Assembly: GCF_963921235.1 (NCBI RefSeq)
Contig: NC_086097.1
Location: 168,642,001 to 168,706,000, forward strand
Direction: 5' to 3'
Length of the DNA stretch: 64,000 bases
DNA from: Mobula hypostoma
Taxonomy: Eukaryota
Of this stretch, positions 1-11,400 are shown piece by piece. Below the pieces are notes generated by a model. It saw only the letters and a program-made list of their open reading frames with translations, was not told the origin of the DNA and searched no databases. Both the position numbers and the translations under genes were made by a program. Numbering within the stretch: the first letter of the stretch is position 1; the number at the start of each line of letters is the position of its first letter.

Positions 1-412
1 AATCCTTTTAGAATTTTACACGTTTCAATAAGATCCCCCCCTCAATCTTCTAAATTCCAGGGAGTATAAGCCTAGTCGATCCAGTCTTTCTTTATATGAA
101 AGTCCTGCCATCCCAGGAATCAATCTGGTGAACCTTCTTTGTACTCCCTCTATGGCAAGGATGTCTTTCCTCAGATTAGGGGCCTAAAACCGAACACAAT
201 ACTCCAGGTGTGGTTTCACCAAGGCCTTGTACAACTGCAGTAGTACCTCCCTGCTCCTGTACTCGAATCCTCTTGCTATGAATGCCAGCCTACCATTCGC
301 CTTTTTTGCCACCTGCTGTACCTGCATGCCCACTTTCAATGACTGGTGTACAATGACACCCAGGTCTCGTTGCACCTCCCCTTTTCCTAATCGGCCACCA
401 TTCAAATAATAA

Positions 413-983
413 GCAACACACATCAAAGTTGCTGGTGAACGCAGCAGGCCAGGCAGCAACTCTAGGAAGAGGTACAGTCGACGTTTCAGGCCGAGACCCT
501 TCGTCAGGACTAACTGAAGGAAGAGTTAGTAAGAGATTTGAAAGTGGGAGGGGGAGGGGGAGATCTGAAATGATAGGAGAAGACAGGAGGGGGAGGGATG
601 GAGCCAAGAGCTGGACAGGTGATTGGCAAAAGGGATATGAGAGGATCATGGGACAGGAGGCCCAGGGAGAAGGAAAGGGGGGAGGGGGGAAAACCCAGAG
701 GATGGGCAAGGGGTATAGTCAGAAGGACAGAGGGAGAAAAAGGAGAGAGAAAGAATGTGTATATATAAATAAATAACAGATGGGGTACGGGGGGAGGTAG
801 GGCATTAGCGGAAGTTAGAGGCGTCAGTGTTCATGCCATCAGGTTGGAGGCTACCCAGATGGAATATAAGGTGTTGTTCCTCCAACCTGAGTGTGGCTTC
901 ATCTTTACAGTAGAGGAGGCTGTGGATAGACATGTCAGAATGGGAATGGGATGTGGAATTGACATATCAGAATGGGAATGGGA
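413..983 (-). mobile_element. Penelope-like element (GIY-YIG) 3' fragment inserted in CR1
   Basis: Minus strand encodes SHSHSDMSIHSLLYCKDEATLRLEEQHLIFHLGSLQPDGMNTDASNFR*; same family as 33091-34466; flanked by attcaaataataa (400-412) / attcagataataa (984-996). Confidence 0.9.
475..512 (-). ncRNA. Minimal type I hammerhead ribozyme motif in Penelope-like 3' region
   Basis: Minus strand reads uaguc-CUGACGA-agggucucggccu-GAAAC-GUC-gacug: conserved core, stem I aguc/gacu, stem II agg/ccu, palindromic ACGU replacing stem III. Confidence 0.8.
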
Positions 984-2059
984 ATTCAGATAATAATCTG
1001 TTTTCCTGTTCTTGCCACCGAAGTGGATAACCTCACATTTATCCACATTAAGTTGCATCTGCCATGAATTTGCCCACTCACCTAACCTATCCAAGTCACC
1101 CTGAATCCTCTTAGCACCCTCCTCACAGCTAACACTGCCGCCCAGCTTCGTGTCATCCGCAAACTTGGAGATGCTGCATTTAATTCCCTCATCCAAGTCA
1201 TTAATATATATTGTAAACAACTGGGGTCCCAGCACCGAGCCTTGCGGTACCCCACTAGACACTGCCTGCCATTCTGAAAAGGTCCCGTTTATTCCCACTC
1301 TTTGTTTCCTGTCTGCCAACCAATTCTCTATCCACATCAATACCATACCCCCAGTACCATGTGTTTTAAGTTTGCACACTAATCTCCTGTGTGGGACCTT
1401 GTCAAAAGCCTTTTGAAAATCCAAATATACCACATCCACTGGTTCTCCCCATCCACTCTACTCGTTACATCCTCAAAAGATTCTATGAGATTCATCAGAC
1501 ATGATTTTCCTTTCACAAATCCATGCTGACTTTGTCTGATGATTTCACCGCTTTCCAAATGTGCTGTTATCACATCTTTGATAACTGACTCTAGCATTTT
1601 CCCCACCACCAATGTTAGGCTAACTGGTCTATAATTCCCTGGTTTCTCTCTCCCTCCTTTTTTAAAAAGCAGGGTTACATTAGCCACCCTCCAATCCTCA
1701 GGAACTAATCCAGAATCTAAATAGTTTTGAAAAATTATCACTAATGCATCCACTATTTCTTGGGCTACTTCCTTAAGCACTCTGGGATGCAGACCATCTG
1801 GCCCTGGGGATTTGTCTGCCTTTAATCCCTTCAATTTACCTAACACCACTTCCCTACTAACATGTATTTCCCTCAGTTCCTCCATCTCAATAGACCCTCG
1901 GTCCCCTACTATTTCCGGAAGATTATTTATTCAATGCAGTACTTGAAAGAGCTCTGGAATTGATCTCAATTCTCTGGCCTTTCCATTCTCAAAAGAATTG
2001 CCTAACCTACCACAATTTAGCTCACACAGTCTTGAGAAGTAATATTGGAACTTGTGGGC

Positions 2060-2500
2060 CTGAGCCGTAAGGGGAGACTGAAGAGACTTTGGCTGTATTC
2101 CCTGCAGTGTAGGAGGCTGAGGAGCGACTTTATACAGGTTTATAAAGTCATGAAGGGCACAGTAGATAAAATGGTCAGTTTTCTTCCCAGGATAGGGGAG
2201 TTCCTAAACTAAAGGACATAGACTTAAATTGGGAGGTGGAAAAAATTTAGGGGACCCAAAGAGCAACTTTTTCCCCTCCAGACAGAGGGTGGTAGAGCCA
2301 GCTGCCAGAGGAAGTGGTGGAGGTGGTGGGGGGGGGGGGGGTTTAAAACAATTAAAAGGCATTTGGATTGGTACATGGGCAAGAAAAGCTTTAGAGGGAA
2401 TTAGGCCAAATGCAGAGAAATGGGACCAGCTCCGACAGGCAACTTAGCAAGCAAGGATCAGTTAGGCCGATAGGCCTATTTCCGTACTGTAATAACTCTG
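2060..2500 (+). mobile_element. Degraded CR1 LINE 3' end
   Basis: Diverged match to CR1 ORF2 C-terminus and 3' UTR (aggctgaggagcgactttata..., ggcctatttccgtactgta). Confidence 0.75.
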
Positions 2501-2884
2501 AATAAAACTGGTTGGTTTAAATATTTGCTAACTTGATGACATTTTGCCTTACAAATCTCTACCTTGTATTTTATTATCAAAGAACTTCAACACCATTTCT
2601 TTCTCTCGAAACCCCAAATGCATTACGACCATTCAATTAAGGCTCAACCAGTTTCCACAAAATCATGCTGTTAATTGTGATATCAAACGATACATTAATC
2701 CTTTTAAAAGCACAGGAAAGGGCCAGTGATATTTGAAAATGTCATTGGCTGTCAGTTTGTTCTTTATTCTGGAAATATCTTGCACAGGATAACCCAATGT
2801 GGACCCCCAGCTTATCACTGTGCAGTCAGGTCAGCACTGGACTAAGGGTCTTCACCCAGTGAACATAATGACGGCATCATGAAG

Positions 2885-3411
2885 TAGGGTTGCCAACCTT
2901 CTCACTCCCAAATAAGGGACAAAAGTAGCAGTCAAATATGGGACACTTGTGTTTACCCTGAGAAAGACTACCGTGACTATGAAGCCTTGCGCGGGCACCT
3001 GTGTGCACATGCGTGACGTGCGCATGGGCGTACGTGCTGATTTTTTTCACAAATCAGTTTTGGCTTAATTTTCCCGACTACACTGTACATAAATTATTTC
3101 TATTTTATATAGGCTGTGTACTTATCATATCATTCCTGCTTTTACTATATGTTAGTGTTATTTTAGGTCTTATATGTTATTTGGTATGGTTTGGTAGGTT
3201 ATTTTTTGGGTCTGGAAACACACACAAATTTTTCGCATATAAATTAATGGTAATTGCTTCTTTGCTTTACGCCATTTCAGCACGAAAGGTTTCATAAGAA
3301 CACTCTACCTTAGCGGGGGAAATACGGGACAAGGGCGGTCCCGTATGGGACAAACCGATTTAGCCCAATATACGAGATGTCCCGGCAAATACGGGACAGT
3401 TGGCAACCCTA
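2885..3411. mobile_element. Non-autonomous hAT element (MITE), 527 bp
   Basis: TIRs TAGGGTTGCCAAC/GTTGGCAACCCTA; perfect 8-bp TSD tcatgaag (2877-2884, 3412-3419); repeated subterminal aaatacgggac-like motifs; no transposase. Confidence 0.92.
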
Positions 3412-4131
3412 TCATGAAGTGAGACTAGAAACCTTAATTTCAGTCAAGCGAGCAGGAACCTTAATTGGATGTGTTACCTGAAAAGGGCAATGGAGCAAGA
3501 GAATTTCATTCAGCTAAACAGAACTGAAATGATTGTTAAAAAGGAAACATTAGCAGGCCTCTTGAGAAAATGGCTGATTGGATGGTTCTGACAAAGAGCT
3601 AGTGCTTCATAAGGAACGAAATGATCTCCTTTGTGGTACATGTGGACAAGGGGAAATTCATCTTTACCTGACGTCATTAAACACACATCAATGCAGTCGT
3701 GTTGAAATGATAGATATGGCATCATGCATCACAGTTGAACGGATTTCTGTAAGCAGTTAGAACAAACAGCCATCACCACATTGTGCTTTAAGCTCTACGG
3801 TTTTGTTCTGTAAACTGACAACAGAATACAACAAGTACACAAAATATTCCACTTCAGACACAAGTGACCACCATCTCTTTTTTTTTAAAAAATCACCACA
3901 CTCTGTTCCTTTTTGTAATTTAGAATGAATTCCCAAGACCATGGTCCAATAATTCAGCAAGAATGACTCACTAACTGCAGCTTGCTCATGTAGTGTGGAC
4001 CCAACAACAATGTTTGCAGTGGGTGGGGAGGTTTATAGCAAAATACCAGGCTGTGTGAATGAGACTGCCTGATTTTGAGGAATGATATCCTCCGGCACTA
4101 AATAATTACTTCAGTGGTGACTCACCTTGTG

Positions 4132-4725
4132 TCATCATCATCATCAGGTGCCCAGCCCAGTTTGAGCTTTGACTGCCATGGCCCACACACTCCTGTTTCG
4201 GGTCAAGTGGATCAAATCATTGGTATTCATTTCCAGCTCTCTGCCTGCTGTCTCCATTATCATTTGTCTGTCTTCCTCTTGCTTTCTTCCCTTCAATCTT
4301 TCCCATAATTAACATGCATTCTAATTCCTCTTTCCTAATCACATGTCCAATGAAGTTACGTTGCCTTTTCATGATCTCATACATTACCTCTTTTTGTGTT
4401 TGCTCTGTTCATAACATCCTCGTTAGATATTCGTTTCGTCCATGATATTCTTAGCATCCTCCTCAAAAACCACATCTCTGCTGCTACAATTCGTTTCATG
4501 TTACTAGATATTGTCCAACATTCTGAGCCATATAACATAACTGGATAAACGTAACATTTCAGTACTCTGAGGCAGGTTGTCATGCCTAGGTTAGTATTGG
4601 TCAGTATACTCTTCATTCTCGTATTTTGCCATCTCTATTCTTCTTTTGATGTCCAAGTCGCACCTGCCCTCTGATGTCACCCAGCTTCCTAAGTAGCAAA
4701 AGTTCTGTACTTGTTTTATGTCTTG
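4132..4725 (-). mobile_element. RTE-clade LINE 3' fragment
   Basis: ORFs give FCYLGSWVTSEGRCDLDIKRRI and YVYPVMLYGSECWTI..AAEMWFLRRMLRISW; (TGA)n tail on minus strand at 4132-4146. Confidence 0.85.
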
Positions 4726-5218
4726 CTGTGGTACCATTTCCTGGATGGTAGCAGCTGGAACACTTTGTAGTTGGGGTGACTCGGGTCCCCAACGATCCTT
4801 CAGGCCCATTTTACACACCTGTCTTTGTAAATGTCCTGAATAGTGGAAGTTCACATCTACAGATGCACTGGGCTGTCCGCACCACTCTCTGCAGAGTCCT
4901 GCGATTGAGGGAAGTACAGTTCCAATACCAGGCAGTGATGCAGCCAGTCAGGATGCTCTCAATTGTGCTCCTGTAGAAAGTTCTTAGGATTTGGAGGCCC
5001 ATACCAAACTTCAACCACCTGAGGTGAAAGAGGTGCTGTTGTGCCTTTTTCTCGACACACCCGGTAAGTACAGACCACGCGTGATCCTTGGTGATGTTTA
5101 TGCCAAGGAACTTAAAGCTGTTCACCCTCTCAACCCCAGATCCATTGATGCCTGTCTCCATTCCTCCTCCTTGACAACCAGCTCCTTTGTTTTTGCGACA
5201 TTGAGGGAAAGGTTGTTA
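4726..5218 (-). mobile_element. Rex1/Babar LINE RT C-terminal fragment
   Basis: ORF 4811-5161 VERVNSFKFLGINIT...KKAQQHLFHLR...FYRSTIESILTGCITAWY. Confidence 0.85.
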
Positions 5219-5859
5219 GACAGCTGCACAATTTACAAAGCACCCAGAGGTGTGGGGTGGGGTGGAGAGGGTGGTGGAAATGTTGGGCACAGAATACAAC
5301 AGCTATAAAATGATAGCAGCATAAGTCTGGTCTCTGACAATGAGCTGTTTGAGTGAATTACAAAGCTTCTGCTAGATTATTTTTTCTAGAATTCCTCCTG
5401 CTCATTATTCTCTAGGTAATTGGGCTGCAGAGTAAAAGATTAAACCCATTACTTCTGTGCACACAGATACTGACCACTCAGACAGCGAGGACAAGAATGA
5501 GCAGCAGGGATTATCAATGCTTGGTAACCACCATTTCTGCACCCCGCCCCCCACTCAGTCCCTTCAAAGCAGCTCCGTCCCATCTCAACATGGCAGCTGC
5601 TCTCTGTTCTCAGTAAGCATCGCAGGGGAGCCATCCTGCTCAATTTACTTGAAAACCACCTTCCTAGGAGGTTCTAACTCCTACCACATTCCTCACTGGC
5701 CTTTAGTGGTTGGATCTCCTCGATGATTTGCGATCAGTGACGTCAGCAGATGTTGTCCCAGGCAGCACTGAACAGTCAGCATTTAAAATATGCAAGAAAA
5801 ATGTATAAACTAGTGAGGACTGCACAAGCAGCAGTTGGATATTAGCATAGTTGACAAGC

Positions 5860-6960
5860 CACTTACATTTATGTAGTTCTTTTAATGCGATAAACTACCC
5901 ACCTCAGCAAACAAAACTTGACAAGCCACATAAGGAGATGTGGCAGATGGCCTAACACTGAGCAATAGATTTTAAAGAGACTGAAAGGAGGAGAGGCAGT
6001 GAGAACAGAACAGTACAGCACAGTACAGGCCCTTCAGCCCACAATGTTGTGCTGATCTTTTAACCTACTCCAAGATCAATCTAACCCTTCTCTCTCACAT
6101 GATCCTCCACTTCTCTTTCATCTCTGTGCCCATCTAAGGGTCTCTTAAATGTCCATAATGTATCAGCCTCTATCACTACCCCTGGTAGCTCGTTCCATGC
6201 ACTCACCATTAAAACCTACCTTTGATACCCCCGGTCCAATACTCTCCTCTTTAAAATTATGCCCCTTCAGATTAACCATTTCTGCCCTGGGAAAAAGGTG
6301 TTGGTTTTTCCACTCTATGATTCTTAACATCTTATACACCTCTAACCCTCTTTCGCTCCAAACAGAAATGCCCTAATTCACTCAGCCCTTCCTCATAAGA
6401 TGCTCTCTAATCTAGGCAGCAACCTGGTAAATCTCCTCTACACCTTCTCGAAAGCTTCCACATTCATATAAAGAGGTGACCAGAACTAAACACAATACTT
6501 GGGGTTAAGGGCTATTAGAGGAGATGGTGAGTTGGAACAGTTGGTGAGGTGGAACATGTACATTTAATTGCCTGGGATTGGAGGAATGCAGATGTGTGGG
6601 ATGGTTGCGAGGGAGGAGGGGATTACTGCGAGGGAAATGCTAGATTGTGGAGAATTTAAAAATGATGACTGAATTATAAAATAGAGATGCTGTTTAACCC
6701 AGAACCCATGTAGATTTGCAAACTATAAAACATGACAGGTGACATAACAGAGGGCAAGTCAGGACCCAAGAGCAGAAGTTTTGGGTGACCTCATGCGTGG
6801 AAGGAGGACTGCGAGACAAGGAAATGTCTATCAGACTAGTAGAGGTAACAAGGACATGGGTGACCAGTGATACCAGCAGTGTTGGGCTGTAGAAACTAAA
6901 TATAGAGATGAGCAAAGTTAAATTGAGGGTGGAATGCAAATAGTTTTGTAGAGGATATGG
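5860..6960 (-). mobile_element. Old L2-like LINE remnant interrupted by CR1
   Basis: Diverged L2-like 3' end (ttacatttatgtag..., ttttaaagagactgaaaggaggagagg) continuing after 6500; recognised by eye only. Confidence 0.45.
6003..6498 (-). mobile_element. CR1 LINE 3' fragment
   Basis: Reverse complement of CR1 tail gaacagtacagcacagtacaggcccttcagcccacaatgttgtg, ending at ...gaccagaactaaacacaatact. Confidence 0.8.
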
Positions 6961-7879
6961 ATTGAGAAGAACTTGCTCGTTCACATGCATGAGCCTTTGA
7001 AAGTGGTAGAACCAGCTGATAACCTGTTATCAAGGGAGTACTGAGCACTTATAACTAGAGATACAGGTACAAAAGGCAAAGGGCGTTTCCTGATGAGCTC
7101 TACCACCCAGAAGGAAACAGCTGGCGGCAGTGTTCAGAACTGGCACCACAGGATTGAGGGAGGATAGCGTAATTTAAATGTTTAAATTGCCTTGTTTATT
7201 ATTAGAAGCTCAAAAGCATAGGACTAGAGTAATTTAAACAAGCCAATTTAAGATCAAGATGACCCGCTGAGTTCCTCTAGTGCTTTGCGTCTCTCTGTTG
7301 GTCTAATTTGCCATTTTAAATAGGACACTGTGGTATTGCATTGAGAATGCTCCTGTTCCTCCGGGAAGGAAGGCAGGGTCCAAACAGAAAGCAGATTGCA
7401 TGCGGCTCCAATGGGAGACACTACAGCTGAAATCCAGAGTCACAGCCAGGGGTACTTCAGAAAGCAACATTGCTTTAAGACGTTTTAAAAAAAATCAATA
7501 CTCAAAAAATCGGCGGATCCCGGACTGCAGACTCAAGTCATGAGTGTAGTTCCCCCTTAAGAAAACTAGTGTGGAAGCCAAGCTGCTCCATAGGTACAAT
7601 TGAAATGTAGATGCTTTAGATTCTTCTCCCCCCACCCCCAACTATCTGCTGGTGAATGTATTGTCTCTGGAAACTAACATTAAAGACCTCTGAGCAAGAG
7701 TGTTGTACCAGAGGGATATCAGAAATTCGGTACATTTTGCTCCATGGAAACATGGCTATCCCCCGCCATTTAAAATGCAGCGCCGCAGCTGGACTGCTTC
7801 ACCATTCTCTGCAAAGACAGGACAGCTCAGTCTTTTAGAGGCAGAGGAGATGGAGTATGCTTTATGATTAACTCATTAC

Positions 7880-10150
7880 GGTGCACAGATGTGGCAATCT
7901 GTCTTAGTCCTGCTCACCCAACCCAAAACAACTAGTAGTCAAACGTTGTCCTTGTTATCTGCCGAGGGAGTTTTCAGCCATCACCCTGGTAGTGGTGCAC
8001 ATATCTTAGGCCAGCGTCAGGTAAGCTCTGGAGGAACTGAGCACTGTAATCAACAGGTACGATTACTGATGCCTTCCCTGTCACTGTGGGGGACTTCAGC
8101 CAGGTCAGCTTGAAGACTCTGAACTACCACCATCATACCACCTAAAGAACTAGGGATGCTAACACACTTGACCACTGTTATATCACCATCAAGAACACTT
8201 ACTGAGATATCCTACACCCACACTTTGGAAAGTCCAGTCACCTGACTGTACTCCTACTCCCCCAGTATGGGTAGAGACTCATGACTGCAGCACCAGTGAT
8301 GAGGAGCAAGCTGAGGTAAAGGGGGGTGGAGGAGTGTTTACAGGACTGCTTTGAGTCAATGGACTGGACAACTTTCAATGATTCATTTTTGAATCTGAAT
8401 GAATGCAGCATACGTGTCACAAACTTCTATCAAAACCCGTACGGCCCAGTATGTGCCTTCAAGAACATACCTGGCATACTCAAACAAAAAACTGAGGATA
8501 AACCAGGACATTCATAGTCTACTGAGGGCAAGATCTGTAGCATTCAAGACTGGTGACCCAAAACTATACAAGAAGTCCATCTATGGCCTGCAGAAGGCTA
8601 TTTTAAGAGCAAGAAAACAATTCCAATTGAAGTTCAAGATGGAATCGGATGCACATCAGCTCTGAAAGAGTTTGCAGTTCATTACTTCCCACAAAGCAAA
8701 ACCTAACATCATGAATGACTGTGATATCTCACTCCCAGATGTGAACACCTTTTTGCATGTTTTGTAAGGTAGAATAAAACTACACCTGAGTTAATCTCTG
8801 CAGCATCTGGTGACCATGGGATCTTTGTCTCTGAAGCTGACATCAGAACATTTTTCAAGAGGGTAAACAACTAGGCCCTGATAGAGTACCTGGTAGGGCG
8901 TTGAAAACCTGTACCAACCAACTGGCAGGAATGTCCAACAAAATCATCAATCTCCAACCGCTGCTGTCGGAGGTTCCCACCTACTTCAACAAGGCAATAA
9001 CCATACCAGTGTTGAAGAAGAGTAGGTTGAATTGCCTCAACAACTATCACAAAGTGGCATTCACATCTACTATGGTGAAGTGCTTTGAGAGGTTAGTCAT
9101 GGGTAGAATCAACTCCTGCCTAAGCAAAAACCTGGACCCTCTGCAATTTGCCCATCACAATAGGTCTACAATGGATCCAATCTCACTGGCTCTCCACTCT
9201 GTCTTGTATCACCCAAACAATTGTAATACTTACATCAGACTGCTGTTTATTGACTACAGCTCAGCATTCAACAATCATACCCTCACTTCAAATCAGAAGG
9301 CTCCAAAACGTAGGCCTCCTTACCTCTCTCTGCAGCTGGATCTTTGACTTCCTCACCAGGAGACCACAGCCTGTGTAGATCGAAAATAACATCTCCTTCT
9401 CACCGAGGATCAACACCTGTACACCTCAAGGATGCGTGCTTAGCCCACTGTTTTACTCTCTCTACAAACAGAAGAAAGAAGAAAGCCCTTAACTCCGAGT
9501 GGAGTCATTGGGACGCCGTCATGATGGTGTTTTTTTTTTTAGCAGGCTTTCTTATTTTTATGAGGCCGAGTTGCTAGCTCGACGCTCAAACCGGCACGGA
9601 TGGAAAACGTGCAAGGGAGCCGGCTGGATTTGAACTCGGGAGCCTTCGCTCCGAAGTCCGGCGCTGATGCCACCTCGCCACCAGCCGGCACCCACAGCTC
9701 AAATGCAGTCTATAAATTTGTCAACAACTACTTTTGTCAGATACACAGAAGGTGACAAGGAGGCATACAGGAGTGAGATAAATCAGCCGACTGAGTGGTG
9801 TCATAGGAACAGTCTTGCACTCAATGTCAGTGAGAGGAAGAAATTAATTGTGGACTTAAGGAAGAGGAAATTGAGGGAACACATACCAGTTCTCATCTAG
9901 GGATCAGTAATGTAAAGGATGAGCAATTTCAAATTCCTGATTGTCAACATCTGCAAAGATCTATCCTGGGCTCAACATATTGATGGAATTACAAAGAAGG
10001 CACAACAGTGGCTTTATCGCATTGGGAGTTTGAAGAGACTTGGTATGTCATCAAAGACACCAGCAATTTATTAAGAAGGCACAACCGTAGCTATATCACA
10101 TTAGGAGTTTGAAGACACTTGATATGTCACCAAGACACCGGCAATTTATA
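7880..10150 (+). mobile_element. Degraded Rex1/Babar LINE (endonuclease remnant plus RT)
   Basis: ORFs LQDCFESMDW, LNNYHKVAFTSTMVKCFERLV, LDPLQFA, YIRLLFIDYSSAFN; many frameshifts. Confidence 0.85.
9467..9689 (-). mobile_element. tRNA-derived SINE inserted in Rex1/Babar
   Basis: Minus strand starts gccggctggtggcgaggtgg (A box)...gagttcaaatcc (B box); CpG-rich; ends in a (ttc)-rich tail. Confidence 0.8.
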
Positions 10151-10508
10151 TATTTGTTTATTTATTTACAGATGCACCATGGAATTTGTTGCCACAGAGG
10201 GCTATGGAGGCCAAGTCTTATGTGTATTTAGTGAAGATTGATAGATTTTTGATTGGTAAGCGGGTTAAGGAAGGAGGGAGAGAGATTGGTGTTGAAAATA
10301 AAAGTCAGCCATGATTGAATGCCAGAGCAGACTCAATGGCCTGAGTAGCCCTATTCTGCTTCTACATCTTGAGGATCTGTTCGTAAATTCTTCTGCTGCA
10401 GACATTTAAAATATTTTAATATGAACACAAATAATTTATTATTAGAACCAATTATTTTAAATAATATAAATAAAAATAGCAGTATATAATAATAGCAGTA
10501 TAAATAAT

Positions 10509-10639
10509 GTGTGCGCGAGCGTATGCCCTTAACTCCTAGTGGAGTCGTCGGGGTGCCGTCACGACAAGCTTGTCGGTATGCTCATTGTACGGCATGTCTT
10601 AGGCATCTGAAACCTGGCGGAGCCCATCCCTCTTCAGGT
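10509..10639 (-). mobile_element. Short retroposed insertion sharing its 3' end with the SINE at 9467-9689
   Basis: gcccttaactcctagtggagtcgtcggggtgccgtcacga matches 9484-9523; 10-bp TSD tataaataat (10499-10508, 10640-10649). Confidence 0.7.
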
Positions 10640-10939
10640 TATAAATAATATTAAAAAGTAATAAATAATTTAAAGGAGCAAAACAAAAGAAAATAAGAGA
10701 AGATGAGAGACCACAGTTGCTGAAATCTGAAGCAAAAGAACAACCTGCTGGAGGAGCATCTGCGGAGGCAGACAATGGCTTCAACTTCAGAACCAAGGTC
10801 ACATCAACCTCATTCAGACAGTACACAGACAGAGTGTGTGTATGCAAGTGCAGAAAAATGTAAATGTATGCATGCCTGTGTGTGTATAAATGTTTGGATG
10901 CAGAAATCTAAGCCTTTAATGACTCACTCAATGGAACAC

Positions 10940-11400
10940 AAGAACCTTCACTAAACATCCATACAGTAAAATGCCTTCTGCTAACCCTGCTGCACCATAC
11001 TGCCTCCCTTTAATGAAGGTGCAAAGCGAGATCCTAGAAAATGTGGAATTCTTCCCCAACATGGAAGCCACCCCTCCATAAATGTAGTCATGGTGATGAA
11101 GTTCAGTGCAACACAGCAAGGCTTTGGCCACTTGAAGAGTGTGTGAAGATCAAGACCACAAACCCAGCACAAAGCTCATGGACCGCTAGGCAGAAGTATA
11201 GTCTCCTGCATAATCCTGACTACCTCAGATGGGAGAATCATGCTATATGCATACCCAACTCCAGAAAATGGCTCTCCTCTCCAAGCAAGAGATTATCAAG
11301 CAGAAGGAAGTGCTTGGAGCCTTCTTGAGAAAGGGCAACTTCCCCATCAACCCCTCAAAATGGAGGAACAGTATTCCAGGTGGCATTGAAAATCAGATGG
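10940..11400 (+). mobile_element. Old RTE-like LINE 3' remnant
   Basis: Degraded similarity to RTE ORF C-terminus (..AFLRKGNFPINPSKWRNSIPGGIEN). Confidence 0.4.

Larger units (their letters stand above)
1..1930 (-). mobile_element. CR1 LINE ORF2 (RT) fragment, young family, runs off the window edge; interrupted by Penelope-like insertion at 413-983
   Basis: ORFs 1379-1885, 831-1439 and 184-459 give KSPGPDGLHPRVLKE, PGNYRPVSLT, QHGF, YLDFQKAFDKVPH, GVPQGSVLGP, KFADDTKL; nearly identical to 28480-30438 in opposite orientation. Confidence 0.95.

Noticed and set aside
831..1439. 202-aa ORF appearing to fuse CR1 RT to a novel C-terminus
   Set aside because: Read-through from CR1 into the inserted Penelope-like fragment; not a gene
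3668..3746. Minus-strand acceptor/donor pair
   Set aside because: Stops in all three frames; could only be non-coding or terminal, with no further support
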